The notes: a model not told the origin generated them from the letters alone. 32,128 bases of DNA from Candidatus Acidiferrales bacterium (GCA_035624135.1 DASPSB010000163.1:1-32128), one strand, 5' to 3'. Positions 8,190 to 16,493 are shown, numbered from the stretch's first letter. Translations and numbers: made by a program.

Positions 8190-8633
8190 ATGTTCAAAGA
8201 GTTTAAAGAATTCGCGATGAAGGGGAGCGTGCTGGATATGGCGGTGGGCATTATCATCGGGGCGGCGTTCGGAAAGATTGTGGCGTCGTTTGTGGGCGAC
8301 GTGTTGATGCCGCCGCTGGGGCTGCTGATCGGGAAGGTGGACTTCAGCAATTTATTTCTGAGCCTCTCGGGAAAATCCTACGAGACGCTGGCGGCGGCGA
8401 AGGCCGCAGGCGCGCCGACGCTGAACTACGGCGTGTTCCTCGACGCGTGCATCAATTTCTTGATCGTGGCGTTCGCGATCTTCCTGCTGGTGAAGGCGGT
8501 GAACAAACTGAAGCGGGAAGAGAAGGCCCCGGAGCCGGCGCCGGCCACCAAGCCGTGCCCGCAGTGCCTGATGGATGTGCCCATCGCGGCGAAGCGGTGC
8601 GGACATTGCACGTCGCAACTCAGCCCGGCGTGA
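8190..8633 (+). CDS. mscL: large-conductance mechanosensitive channel MscL with C-terminal CxxC...CxxC tail
   Basis: The track ORF is 8061..8633. The ATG at 8190, preceded by GGAGGGAGGAGAG, gives [31 protein letters not shown]. That is the canonical MscL N-terminus and TM1. TM2 is [12 protein letters not shown]. The tail is [18 protein letters not shown]. Confidence 0.9.
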   Translation: MFKEFKEFAMKGSVLDMAVGIIIGAAFGKIVASFVGDVLMPPLGLLIGKVDFSNLFLSLSGKSYETLAAAKAAGAPTLNYGVFLDACINFLIVAFAIFLLVKAVNKLKREEKAPEPAPATKPCPQCLMDVPIAAKRCGHCTSQLSPA

Positions 8634-8684
8634 TTCGCTCCGATGGCCGGGACGCCCTTCACCTCCGCTCAGGACAGGCCGGCG

Positions 8685-10484
8685 CTACTTTGGGGATTCG
8701 AGAGTGACTTCTATCTCGGTACTGCCGGGCTCGTCTTTTGAGGGCTCTTTAGCGACGATCTTGAGCCTGCTCGTGTGATCGGGCTGGATGATTCCGGCGG
8801 TGTCGCCGTCCCAGACGTGCTTGCCATCTTTGCTCGCGATGTGGACGTGAATGGTGTGCTGGCCCACCGGGATGGCATTGTCTTTCTTCTCGAATTTTCC
8901 CTTGGTCGTAATTCCTGCGGTGAATACATTCCGCTTTTCTTCCAGCTTCTCCTGAAGAAATGCCTTGCCATCCACGGTGATGTCGAGCGTTCCATGGCTG
9001 AACGGGAAGTGGCATTCGACGTCCAGCTTGGAGAGAACAACCTCGGCAGGCGCCGTGGGAGCGGGCTTCGCGGCAGGGGCCGCTTGGTCCGGAGCAGGAG
9101 TCGCGTCAGCAGTTGCCGGCGGCGCGCTGCGCTGCGGAGCAGCGGGCGGAGGAGATTTTGCCGCGGCGGCATTGTCGCGCGCGCGCTTCTTGGGAGCGGC
9201 GGCCGCAGGCGCCGATTCGCCGGCCGGCTTGGATTCTTCGGTTACCTGCGCCGGAGCACTCTCCACTGCAGTGGATGAGGTTGCCTCCGGCGCAGCTTCA
9301 GTCGAAGGCGTTGCTGTCGTCGGGATCACGGCAGGAGCCACGACGGGAACAGGCGCGGGCGGCGGATTCTGCTCCGCCGTGGGATGCATGCGAATCCATA
9401 GGCCTACACCGATGATCAGAACGAGCAAGACTCCAACACCAGCGAAAATCTTGCCGGTATTGCGCTTGCCGGATGACGCGGCTTGCGCGCGCGAAGGACG
9501 GCGCGAGAGGAATTGATCGGTGGAGACGGCGCGCGTCTTGGCGTTGGGATCGACGGGGGCGGGTGCGGAGGCGGCTCCGCCGGTGCGCGTGGCCTCGATG
9601 CGGCGCGAGGGCAACGGGAAAGGTTCTGTGCTTTCCGGCTTGGAAGCCTGCTTGGTGGCCAGCGGACGACCGGCCTTGACGGCTTCCAGATCCGCGGCCA
9701 GCTCGCCGCAGGCGGGGTATCGGTTCTCGGGATTTTTGGCCAGACAGCGCATGAGGATTTCGTCGAGGTCTTTGGGCAGATCAGTCTTGGCGATGCTGGG
9801 CCGCACCGGATTTTCAAAGGCGACTTGGAACGAAGTGATGGTGACCGTGTCGCCGGGAAATGGTTTTTTGCCCGTGAGCATCCAGTAGAGGACGGCGCCG
9901 AGCGAAAAGATGTCGCTGCGGCCGTCGATAGCGCCCCCACGGAACTGTTCCGGCGACATATAGGAGGGAGTGCCGAGCGAGGTGCCCTCCTGGGTGAGCT
10001 CGGTGCCTTCCATACGCGCGATGCCAAAATCGGCGATTTTGGCCTGGCCGTCGGGAGTGACGAGGATATTGGGCGGCTTGATGTCGCGATGGACCACGCC
10101 GTTCTTGTGGGCGTATTCGAGGGCGCGGGCCACCTGGATGCCAATGTCGAGCAGGAGTTCGAGCGGAAGCTGAACGGTGGGTCCCAGGAGCAGATTGAGC
10201 GGGCGGCCCTCGACGAACTCCTGAACAATGTAGGGCTGGCCGTACTGGTCTTCGGCAATGTCGTGGATGGCGACGATGCCGGGATGGGAAAGGCGTCCGG
10301 CAGCCTGAGCTTCGCGATTGAAGCGCTGCTTGAACTTGGCGATATCCTGCGGAGAGGCATTGGTGGTGAGGATCATCTTGATGGCCACGACGCGGCCGAT
10401 CTGGGTGTCGCGGGCGCGGTAAACGACGCCCATAGCGCCGCGGCCCAATTCGTCGATGACCTCGTAGCGACCGATGTTCTGCAT
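8685..10484 (-). CDS. Hanks-type Ser/Thr protein kinase with one TM helix, Pro/Ala-rich linker and extracytoplasmic C-terminal domain
   Basis: The track ORF is 8685..10523, and the ATG at 10484 (MQNIGRYEV) is the preferred start. Kinase motifs are GRGAMGVVY, VAIK, HRDIKPPN, DFG and GTPSYMSPE. The TM helix is IFAGVGVLLVLIIGVGLWI. The PA-rich linker is encoded at about 9042-9383. A ~118-aa beta-rich C-terminal domain follows. Confidence 0.9.
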   Translation of the reverse strand: MQNIGRYEVIDELGRGAMGVVYRARDTQIGRVVAIKMILTTNASPQDIAKFKQRFNREAQAAGRLSHPGIVAIHDIAEDQYGQPYIVQEFVEGRPLNLLLGPTVQLPLELLLDIGIQVARALEYAHKNGVVHRDIKPPNILVTPDGQAKIADFGIARMEGTELTQEGTSLGTPSYMSPEQFRGGAIDGRSDIFSLGAVLYWMLTGKKPFPGDTVTITSFQVAFENPVRPSIAKTDLPKDLDEILMRCLAKNPENRYPACGELAADLEAVKAGRPLATKQASKPESTEPFPLPSRRIEATRTGGAASAPAPVDPNAKTRAVSTDQFLSRRPSRAQAASSGKRNTGKIFAGVGVLLVLIIGVGLWIRMHPTAEQNPPPAPVPVVAPAVIPTTATPSTEAAPEATSSTAVESAPAQVTEESKPAGESAPAAAAPKKRARDNAAAAKSPPPAAPQRSAPPATADATPAPDQAAPAAKPAPTAPAEVVLSKLDVECHFPFSHGTLDITVDGKAFLQEKLEEKRNVFTAGITTKGKFEKKDNAIPVGQHTIHVHIASKDGKHVWDGDTAGIIQPDHTSRLKIVAKEPSKDEPGSTEIEVTLESPK

Positions 10485-10689
10485 CGCTTCGGCTCCGGAG
10501 AAAAGCGCAGCATACTTTATCACCGCACGGCGGTGGTGGGGCAGGGCGTGCCCGGGCCAAGTGCGCCGACACAGGCACTACCGCCGGAGTGGCGGGCGAT
10601 CGAGCGCTACCAAGCGTGGCCGGGGTATGCTAGGCTGGATGGGCAAAGCTGGTCTTTCGCTTCCGAAACATTCAATTTGAGGCGCTACC

Positions 10690-11445
10690 ATGTCTGGGCA
10701 TTCCAAGTGGGCAACCATCAAGCACAAGAAGGCCGCGACCGACGCGAAGCGCGGCCGGATGTTTACGCGGTTCATCCGTGAAATCACGATTGCGGCGCGG
10801 CAGGGCGGTGGAGATCCGGACTCGAACCCGCGGCTTCGCACAGCAATCGCTGCGGCGAAGAACGAGAACATGCCGAGCGACAACATCGAACGCGCCATCC
10901 TGCGCGGCACCGGGCAGCTTGAGGGCGAGACGTACGAGGAAGTGACATTCGAGGGGTACGGTCCCGGGGGCGTGGGGATGCTGGTGCAGGCGGTGACGGC
11001 GAACCGGAACCGAGCGGTGGGCGAAATCCGGCACCTGATGAGCAAGAACGGGGGCAACCTGGCGGAGACGGGCAGCGTGGGCTGGCAATTCCACCGCAAG
11101 GGCGATATTTCCGTGCCGAAAGAAACAGCGGACGAAGAAAAGCTGATGAGCATCGTGCTGGACGCGGGAGCGGAAGACCTGCGCGACGACGGGTCGTCGT
11201 GGGAGATTATCACGCCGCCGGAAGCGTTCGAGACGGTGCGCGACGCGCTCGTGAAAGCGGGGATCAAACCGGCGTCGGCGGAACTTTCCATGATTCCGCA
11301 GAACTACGTGAAGCTGTCGGGCGCGCAGGCGCAGCAGATGCTGCGGCTGATGGAAGCTCTGGAAGAGCATGACGACGTGCAGCACGTCTATTCCAATTTC
11401 GACGTGGACGAAAAAGAGATTCAGGCCGCTGTGGGCGCCAACTAG
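10690..11445 (+). CDS. yebC: YebC/PmpR-family DNA-binding transcriptional regulator
   Basis: 251 aa starting MSGHSKWATIKHKKAATDAKRG, with NPRLRTAI and EGYGPGGV, all hallmark motifs of the YebC/TACO1 family. The conserved yebC-ruvC neighbourhood is present. Confidence 0.95.
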   Translation: MSGHSKWATIKHKKAATDAKRGRMFTRFIREITIAARQGGGDPDSNPRLRTAIAAAKNENMPSDNIERAILRGTGQLEGETYEEVTFEGYGPGGVGMLVQAVTANRNRAVGEIRHLMSKNGGNLAETGSVGWQFHRKGDISVPKETADEEKLMSIVLDAGAEDLRDDGSSWEIITPPEAFETVRDALVKAGIKPASAELSMIPQNYVKLSGAQAQQMLRLMEALEEHDDVQHVYSNFDVDEKEIQAAVGAN

Positions 11446-11499
11446 AGCGGCGCCCGGCTCACCAGAAGCCCGCCAACCTCGGAAATCGAGCCAAACGAT

Positions 11500-11518
11500 C
11501 CTGCCCGGCCAGGGCAGG
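11500..11518 (+). other. hairpin between yebC and ruvC
   Basis: CCTGCCC-GGCCA-GGGCAGG forms a 7-bp stem with a 5-nt loop, 55 nt after the yebC stop. No T-run follows. Confidence 0.25.
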
Positions 11519-11612
11519 AGGGCATCGTGTCGCTGTCACACATCGATGGCGGCTCGCTATTTGATGCCGGAGTGCCGCGCAGTACACTCCCCACATGGCA
11601 GGCGATGCGCGG

Positions 11613-12245
11613 ATGCGCGTGTTGGGGATTGATCCGGCAGCGGCGGGAGCTACGGGATACGCCATTGTGGAAACAGATGGACGCGCGTGCCGCGTCCTTC
11701 ACTATGGCGCGGCACGGCCGCCACGCGCAGCGAGCCCCGCAGCACGGCTGGAAGCTGTCCACCGCCTGGTAGCCGGGCTGCTCGATGAATATTCGCCGGG
11801 GGCAGTGGCCGTGGAGGCGCCGTTTGCGGCTCTGAACGTGAAGTCGGCAATGCTGCTCGCGGAAGTGAGGGGCGTAGTGCTGCTGGCTGCGGCGCAGGGG
11901 CGAGTGCCGGTGGAAAGCTATTCGCCGCGGGAAATCAAGGCGAGCGTGGCGGGCTGCGGGCAGGCGTCAAAGGAACAGGTGCAGGTGATGGTGCGCTCGC
12001 AACTGCGGCTGGCGGAACTTCCGGAGCCGCTCGACGCCGCGGACGCGCTGGCCGTGGCGCTCTGCCATATTCACAGCCGCCAGGCGCAGATGAGAATGGG
12101 CGCCGCCCTGCGCCAGCCAGCGCCAGGCGGAGCGGACAGTGTAATTGGGACACGGCGGCGGAGTCCTGCACCAACTGGTCCGTGGCGGAGCGCCAGCCTG
12201 AATGGACGGAAATACCAGAGGAATGGGAGCGGGCGCACACGCTGA
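11613..12245 (+). CDS. ruvC: crossover junction endodeoxyribonuclease RuvC (with ~40-aa basic C-terminal tail)
   Basis: The track ORF is 11595..12245. MRVLGIDP begins at 11613. Catalytic acidic residues are GIDP, VEAP and LDAADALAVALCH. The tail after ~12117 is Arg/Gly/Pro-rich and overlaps the next ORF. Confidence 0.9.
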   Translation: MRVLGIDPAAAGATGYAIVETDGRACRVLHYGAARPPRAASPAARLEAVHRLVAGLLDEYSPGAVAVEAPFAALNVKSAMLLAEVRGVVLLAAAQGRVPVESYSPREIKASVAGCGQASKEQVQVMVRSQLRLAELPEPLDAADALAVALCHIHSRQAQMRMGAALRQPAPGGADSVIGTRRRSPAPTGPWRSASLNGRKYQRNGSGRTR

Positions 12246-12972
12246 CGCTGAACGGAGATCAGCCATTCGGAGCGCATCCACGAGAGACCGCAACTATCAC
12301 CCGCCGCGCTTTTCCGGTATCGCCCTTCTGCTTTTCTTCGCACTCGTGCCACTGAGTGGCATGACGGCGCTGGGACAGTCCCACAGCGCACCTGCGAGCG
12401 GCGCTGTGGTCATCTTCCGAAAAATATTCAAATCCAGCTCGCCGGAGTTCACGGAAATTCGCGTCCCGGAGAGCGGGCCGGGCAGTTGCGAACTGCGCGG
12501 GCTGGATGAGGACCCCAATCCGCAGCCGGTGGAGATCGGAGCGGCGCTGCGGGAAAAGATCTTCGCGCTGGCGGGGGACCTGGATGATTTTCGCGGCCTT
12601 TCGCTGGACGTGAAGCGGCGAATTGCCAATCTGGGCGAGAAGACGTTCCGGTACGAAAAGGGCGGCGACGCGAACGAAGTGAAATTCAATTACACGATCA
12701 ACGCCAAAGCCGCCCAACTGCTGCAAATCTTTGAAGCGCTCGCACGGGAGCAGGAGGATTTTGAGGTGCTCGCGCGGCGCATGAAATACGACCGCCTGGG
12801 AGTGAATGAGGTGCTGATGCAGGTGGACCAGGACGTGCGGCATCAGGCGGTGGCGCAGCCGGAGCGGTTTCTGCCGCTGCTCGAACAGATTTCCGGAGAT
12901 TCGCGGTTTCTGGAGATTGCGCGGCAGCGCTCGCGCGCATTGATTGATTTCATTCGGGTCGGGGGGAAGTGA
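12202..12972 (+). CDS. hypothetical secreted protein
   Basis: 256-aa ORF with coding-like composition and a hydrophobic signal-like segment (GIALLLFFALVPLSGMTALGQS). The only in-frame starts upstream of that segment are the ATGs at 12202 and 12223, so it overlaps the ruvC 3' end by 23-44 nt. No family is recognised. Confidence 0.6.
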   Translation: MDGNTRGMGAGAHADAERRSAIRSASTRDRNYHPPRFSGIALLLFFALVPLSGMTALGQSHSAPASGAVVIFRKIFKSSSPEFTEIRVPESGPGSCELRGLDEDPNPQPVEIGAALREKIFALAGDLDDFRGLSLDVKRRIANLGEKTFRYEKGGDANEVKFNYTINAKAAQLLQIFEALAREQEDFEVLARRMKYDRLGVNEVLMQVDQDVRHQAVAQPERFLPLLEQISGDSRFLEIARQRSRALIDFIRVGGK

Positions 12973-13018
12973 GCCGCGTCGGGGTTCCCCTGCGTGGCCC
13001 GGAACTGAAGGGCGGCGG

Positions 13019-13034
13019 TCCCGAAGCTTCGGGA
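13019..13034. repeat. palindromic repeat family B, copy 2 (TCCCGAAGCTTCGGGA)
   Basis: Perfect 16-nt palindrome preceded by GCGG. It lies 47 nt after the stop at 12972 and 121 nt before the FecR-like gene start. Confidence 0.65.
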
Positions 13035-13056
13035 TAGGGTGCGGGCGCTACGGTGC

Positions 13057-13086
13057 TTGACGCGCAGGCGGCTGAGGAGCAGCATC
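13057..13086 (+). promoter_or_regulatory. promoter-like motif TTGACG-N17-GCAGCATC upstream of the FecR-like gene
   Basis: TTGACG lies at 13057-13062, a 17-nt spacer follows, and CAGCAT lies at 13080-13085 within GCAGCATC. It sits 22 nt downstream of palindrome B copy 2 and 69 nt upstream of the ATG at 13155. Confidence 0.35.
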
Positions 13087-13154
13087 TCTCAATAGGCAGC
13101 CGGCCGGCCACTGAGGCTGCCTTCGCGACGTTCGAGTTAGTCTGGGAGGTGCCT

Positions 13155-14630
13155 ATGTCCCGCCGGGTGGTTTCGTTTCTCGCGGTTCTTTCTGCGATTG
13201 CCTGCCTGATTCTGATTCCGGCCGCGCACGCCGGCGAGGTGAGCCATGCGCGGATCGTCCGGCTCAGCTACGCCTTGGGTGACGTGCAGATGAGCGCGGA
13301 CGGCGCGGCGGGCTGGCACAAGGCGATTGCCAACACTCCGGTGCGGGAAGGAAACAGCCTGGCGACGGGCGACGGGCGCGCGGAGGTGGAGTTCGAAACC
13401 GGCGCGATGGCCTGGGTCGCATCGAACACGGTGCTCGAATTCCCGCAGCTCATTTTGGAGGACGGCGCGAAGAACACGCAGCTCGCCGTGAAGCAGGGCA
13501 CTGCGACGTTTTATGTGCAGCCGGGGCGGCACGATTCGTTTGCGGTCGAGGCCGGCCCGTTGTGGATCGTGACAACGGAGAGTGCGCGGTTCCGCGTGGA
13601 TGTTTTTGATGACGGCGCGGCCGTGAGCGTGTTGCGCGGGGCCGTGAGTGTGACGGGGAACGGTGTGACGCAACACCTGAACGGTCATTCGACGCTGGCC
13701 CTGCGCTCCGAAGCACAGGGCAGCGGCGTTGTGAGCGCAAATCCCCGGAGCGACGCGTGGGACCGCTGGGTTTCCGACCGCTTCACGTCGGTCGATGAGG
13801 CGCGGTTGAATTCGACGGACAACCTGAAAGCGCCGTTCGGCTACGGAATGGCGGACCTCAGCTTCTACGGCGGCTGGGTGATGGTGCCGGGATACGGCCT
13901 AGGGTGGCAGCCGTTTGGAGTAGGGGCGGGTTGGTCGCCGTTTTTCAACGGGTATTGGGACAGCTTCGGGCTGTTGGGTGGCCCCACGTGGATCAGCTAC
14001 GACCCTTGGGGCTGGCTGCCGTATCACTACGGCGGATGGGTGTTTTCTCCGATTTACGGCTGGGTGTGGGCGCCAGGCAGCGCGGGCTTTGCCGTGTGGA
14101 GTCCGGCCACAGTGTTCTGGATGACGACGCCCTCGGGGATCGGCTGGGTGGCGCGGGCGCCGGGTGAAACTTTGAAAGGCACCGCGCAAAATCTCGCGCA
14201 GGGAGTGGTGACGAATACATCGGCCGGCATGCTGGCGGGTTCGCGCAACTCCATTCTGCGCGGAGCGGACGCCGCGAAAGTGCAGATGATCGGCGAATGG
14301 AAGGGCGAGGGCGAGCTGAGCCGAATCGTGCAGCAGGCGCAGGGCCGGCAAGCATCACAAGCGACAACCAAGGCGGCGCTGAATATTCGGAGCGCGCAGC
14401 GGATGCCGGCAAACGGAGCGCTGCGGATTGCCAGCGCCGGAATGTTCGCAGGACACGTACAAGTTTACGAGCCGCCGATCCCGCCGGGACATCTCGGGCA
14501 CAACGCAGCCGCCCGCGAGAATCAGGGGTCGGCGGCATTGCCGACGGGAACGCCAACCGGAACTCGTAGCGAGGGCGCTGCGGGTCGTCCACAGAGCGCA
14601 ACAGGCGACGCCGGCAAAGTAAAACCTTAG
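13155..14630 (+). CDS. secreted FecR-domain protein with DUF6600-like (YxWGxW) Trp/Gly-rich domain
   Basis: The track ORF is 13053..14630. The ATG at 13155, preceded by GGGAGG, gives the signal peptide MSRRVVSFLAVLSAIACLILIPAAHA. The FecR-like segment reads ARIVRLSYALGDVQ...GNSLATGDGRAEVEFETGAMAWVASNTVLEF. The Trp-rich segment reads PWGWLPYHYGGWVFSPIYGWVWAPG. Confidence 0.75.
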   Translation: MSRRVVSFLAVLSAIACLILIPAAHAGEVSHARIVRLSYALGDVQMSADGAAGWHKAIANTPVREGNSLATGDGRAEVEFETGAMAWVASNTVLEFPQLILEDGAKNTQLAVKQGTATFYVQPGRHDSFAVEAGPLWIVTTESARFRVDVFDDGAAVSVLRGAVSVTGNGVTQHLNGHSTLALRSEAQGSGVVSANPRSDAWDRWVSDRFTSVDEARLNSTDNLKAPFGYGMADLSFYGGWVMVPGYGLGWQPFGVGAGWSPFFNGYWDSFGLLGGPTWISYDPWGWLPYHYGGWVFSPIYGWVWAPGSAGFAVWSPATVFWMTTPSGIGWVARAPGETLKGTAQNLAQGVVTNTSAGMLAGSRNSILRGADAAKVQMIGEWKGEGELSRIVQQAQGRQASQATTKAALNIRSAQRMPANGALRIASAGMFAGHVQVYEPPIPPGHLGHNAAARENQGSAALPTGTPTGTRSEGAAGRPQSATGDAGKVKP

Positions 14631-14637
14631 CTCGAAC

Positions 14638-15447
14638 TCAAGCGACAACGATTCCGGCGTAGCCGACGCACCAACTGGTGTCGCCGCTGACGTCCGCAGA
14701 GGTGGCATAGCGAATCAGCTCGGCGCGGGTGGCACCGAGCTGTTTGGCGGCCACGAGCATCGTCGTCGCCGGGCCGTAGCCGCACATGGTGATGTTTTCC
14801 CGCCGGACAACGTCATAGAGGCCGCGTGGATCGAGTGCCAGGATGCGGTCGATGGCGCGCGCGTCCTTTTTGCGTGTGATCTCGTCGCTTTCGTAGTGGT
14901 TCATATCGGAGCTGGCGACAATGAGCACTGGCTCCGTTTGTGCGGCGACTACGGTGGCGATGGCGCGGCCCAAATCTTCAAAGGCCTGGAAGCGATCCGT
15001 GCCCAGGGCAATCGGGACAAAATGGAACTTGGGCGTCAGCTTCTGCAAGAACGGCAACTGGACCTCGATGGCATGCTCGGCGGCGTGGGCCAGTTCGTCT
15101 TCGTGCAGCAACGGGCAGGCGCGGGCGAGTGCCTCGGCGAGCGGGGCATCTATAGAAGCATCGCCCAGCGGCGTGCGCCAGGCTCCCTCGGAAAGAATGG
15201 CGAGCGGCGCGCCCTGCGGATAGTGCCGCGGACAAAGGATGATGTAGCGGCGCGGCAACGCGAGGCGCGCCAGCACGGCTCCGGCTACGGCGCCGGAGTA
15301 CATGTATCCGGCATGAGGCAGGATGCAGCCGATGGCGTGGAAAGGTGCGATATCTTTCGCGGGAACGAGAAACTTGCGCACATCGCGTTCGAGCTGCGCG
15401 GGACTCGAAGGATAAAAGCGTCCGGCGACGGCAGGTTCACGAATCAT
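14638..15447 (-). CDS. amrB: MEMO1-family protein (AmmeMemoRadiSam system protein B)
   Basis: The track ORF is 14638..15543. The ATG at 15447 gives MIREPAVAGRFYPSSPAQL, the canonical Memo N-terminus. Also present are PHAGYMYSG, SSDMNHYE and a C-terminal CGYGP motif. Confidence 0.85.
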   Translation of the reverse strand: MIREPAVAGRFYPSSPAQLERDVRKFLVPAKDIAPFHAIGCILPHAGYMYSGAVAGAVLARLALPRRYIILCPRHYPQGAPLAILSEGAWRTPLGDASIDAPLAEALARACPLLHEDELAHAAEHAIEVQLPFLQKLTPKFHFVPIALGTDRFQAFEDLGRAIATVVAAQTEPVLIVASSDMNHYESDEITRKKDARAIDRILALDPRGLYDVVRRENITMCGYGPATTMLVAAKQLGATRAELIRYATSADVSGDTSWCVGYAGIVVA

Positions 15448-15499
15448 AGGGCGCTCGGCTGGCCAGCGGAACGGCCCGGGCGGAGCCGGGACTGCGAGG

Positions 15500-15946
15500 T
15501 CAACTCGACTTCGAGGGCTTCCCTTTAAGTTTGACGGCAACACTGGTGCCGGGGTTGCAATACACCGTAATCATGTCGCCGGGCTGATAGCCGCCGGTGC
15601 CCAGCATGTCCGCAACCCTGTTATGCAGATCGGTGGAGTATTGGAAGGACCAGACCATGCGCGGATTGGCCATGCTTTGGACGATAACCGTTGCGATGTT
15701 AAAGGCGAGCACGCGGCCCTTGTATTTCACCATTTTGGGCTTGGCTACTTTGACGTTGGTGTTCGGTGTCGCGTTGACGGTGACCGTCGGCGAACTGCTG
15801 ACCGTCGGCGCCGGGGTCGCGGGCGTGGGAACCCGCTGGCCGTCGCTGGTCGGCGGCGCTGCTTGCGCCGCACACACGGAAGGGAAGGCCAGGGCGAGTG
15901 CCGCGGCGGAAGCTACGAGCGCGAAGATGCGGCTATTCTTCAACAT
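15500..15946 (-). CDS. secreted hypothetical protein
   Basis: 148 aa with signal peptide MLKNSRIFALVASAAALALAFPSVCAAQ, then a Pro/Thr-rich linker and a ~90-aa beta-rich domain. Its start overlaps the stop of the upstream gene by 14 nt. Confidence 0.6.
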   Translation of the reverse strand: MLKNSRIFALVASAAALALAFPSVCAAQAAPPTSDGQRVPTPATPAPTVSSSPTVTVNATPNTNVKVAKPKMVKYKGRVLAFNIATVIVQSMANPRMVWSFQYSTDLHNRVADMLGTGGYQPGDMITVYCNPGTSVAVKLKGKPSKSS

Positions 15947-16304
15947 TGTCCACGCTGATCTTCAGTGAGCGCAGGAATTTGACGTCCTGCGCGGTCATCT
16001 GCACCCTTTCCTCCTCCGTTTCATCCTCCAGGATTTCGTCGTCCACGCGGATGCGCAGGGAATCCAGGAAGCGGCGGTCCTGCACGGTCATGCGCACGGG
16101 CTTCGCTTCACGCGGGGCCAGGCCAATGGTGGCGTCGAGCTTCAGAACGATGTCGTACCCGGCGGAGCGGACTCCGGCGATGGCTTTCTGGATGCGCTCA
16201 GAATCGGATATGGCTTCGTTGATCGCGCGGCCGAGTTCACGGAGCACCTGCTTGAGATTGTCGTCGAGCTGCACGAGAGGCCTCCCAAGTGAGACAGGAC
16301 CCAT
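15933..16304 (-). CDS. small acidic hypothetical protein with tandem 20-aa motif
   Basis: The track ORF is 15933..16331, and the ATG at 16304 (MGPVSLGRPLVQL) is the preferred start. It has a helical N-terminal half. Two copies of V-x-M-T-x-Q-D-x-x-F-L-x-S-L-x-I-x-V-D follow (VRMTVQDRRFLDSLRIRVDD and VQMTAQDVKFLRSLKISVDN). The antisense + ORF (15898..16497) is Ser/Arg junk. Confidence 0.55.
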   Translation of the reverse strand: MGPVSLGRPLVQLDDNLKQVLRELGRAINEAISDSERIQKAIAGVRSAGYDIVLKLDATIGLAPREAKPVRMTVQDRRFLDSLRIRVDDEILEDETEEERVQMTAQDVKFLRSLKISVDNVEE

Positions 16305-16493
16305 TCTAGTGCTGCGCGGAAACAGGCACAAGAGCCGCGGCAGGAGGCGTTTACAGGGCGGTAACGCACTGGAGACCGTGCGGATGCAGCCGTTTGAGGG
16401 TCGGCGGGCCCGGCGCGCGCGGCGGCCCGGGTCCGTAACTTTTCATCTCGCCGCAACGCTTGCTGCATTACACTCCTGTGACGCTCAAGAACC

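Noticed and set aside
16403-16445. GC-rich imperfect palindrome (GGGCC...GGCCC) followed by CTTTTC in the leader of the ABC transporter operon, a possible attenuator.
   Set aside because: Only a 5-bp stem pairs cleanly. The interior is (GCG)n-like with mismatches, so the evidence for a structured regulatory RNA is insufficient.
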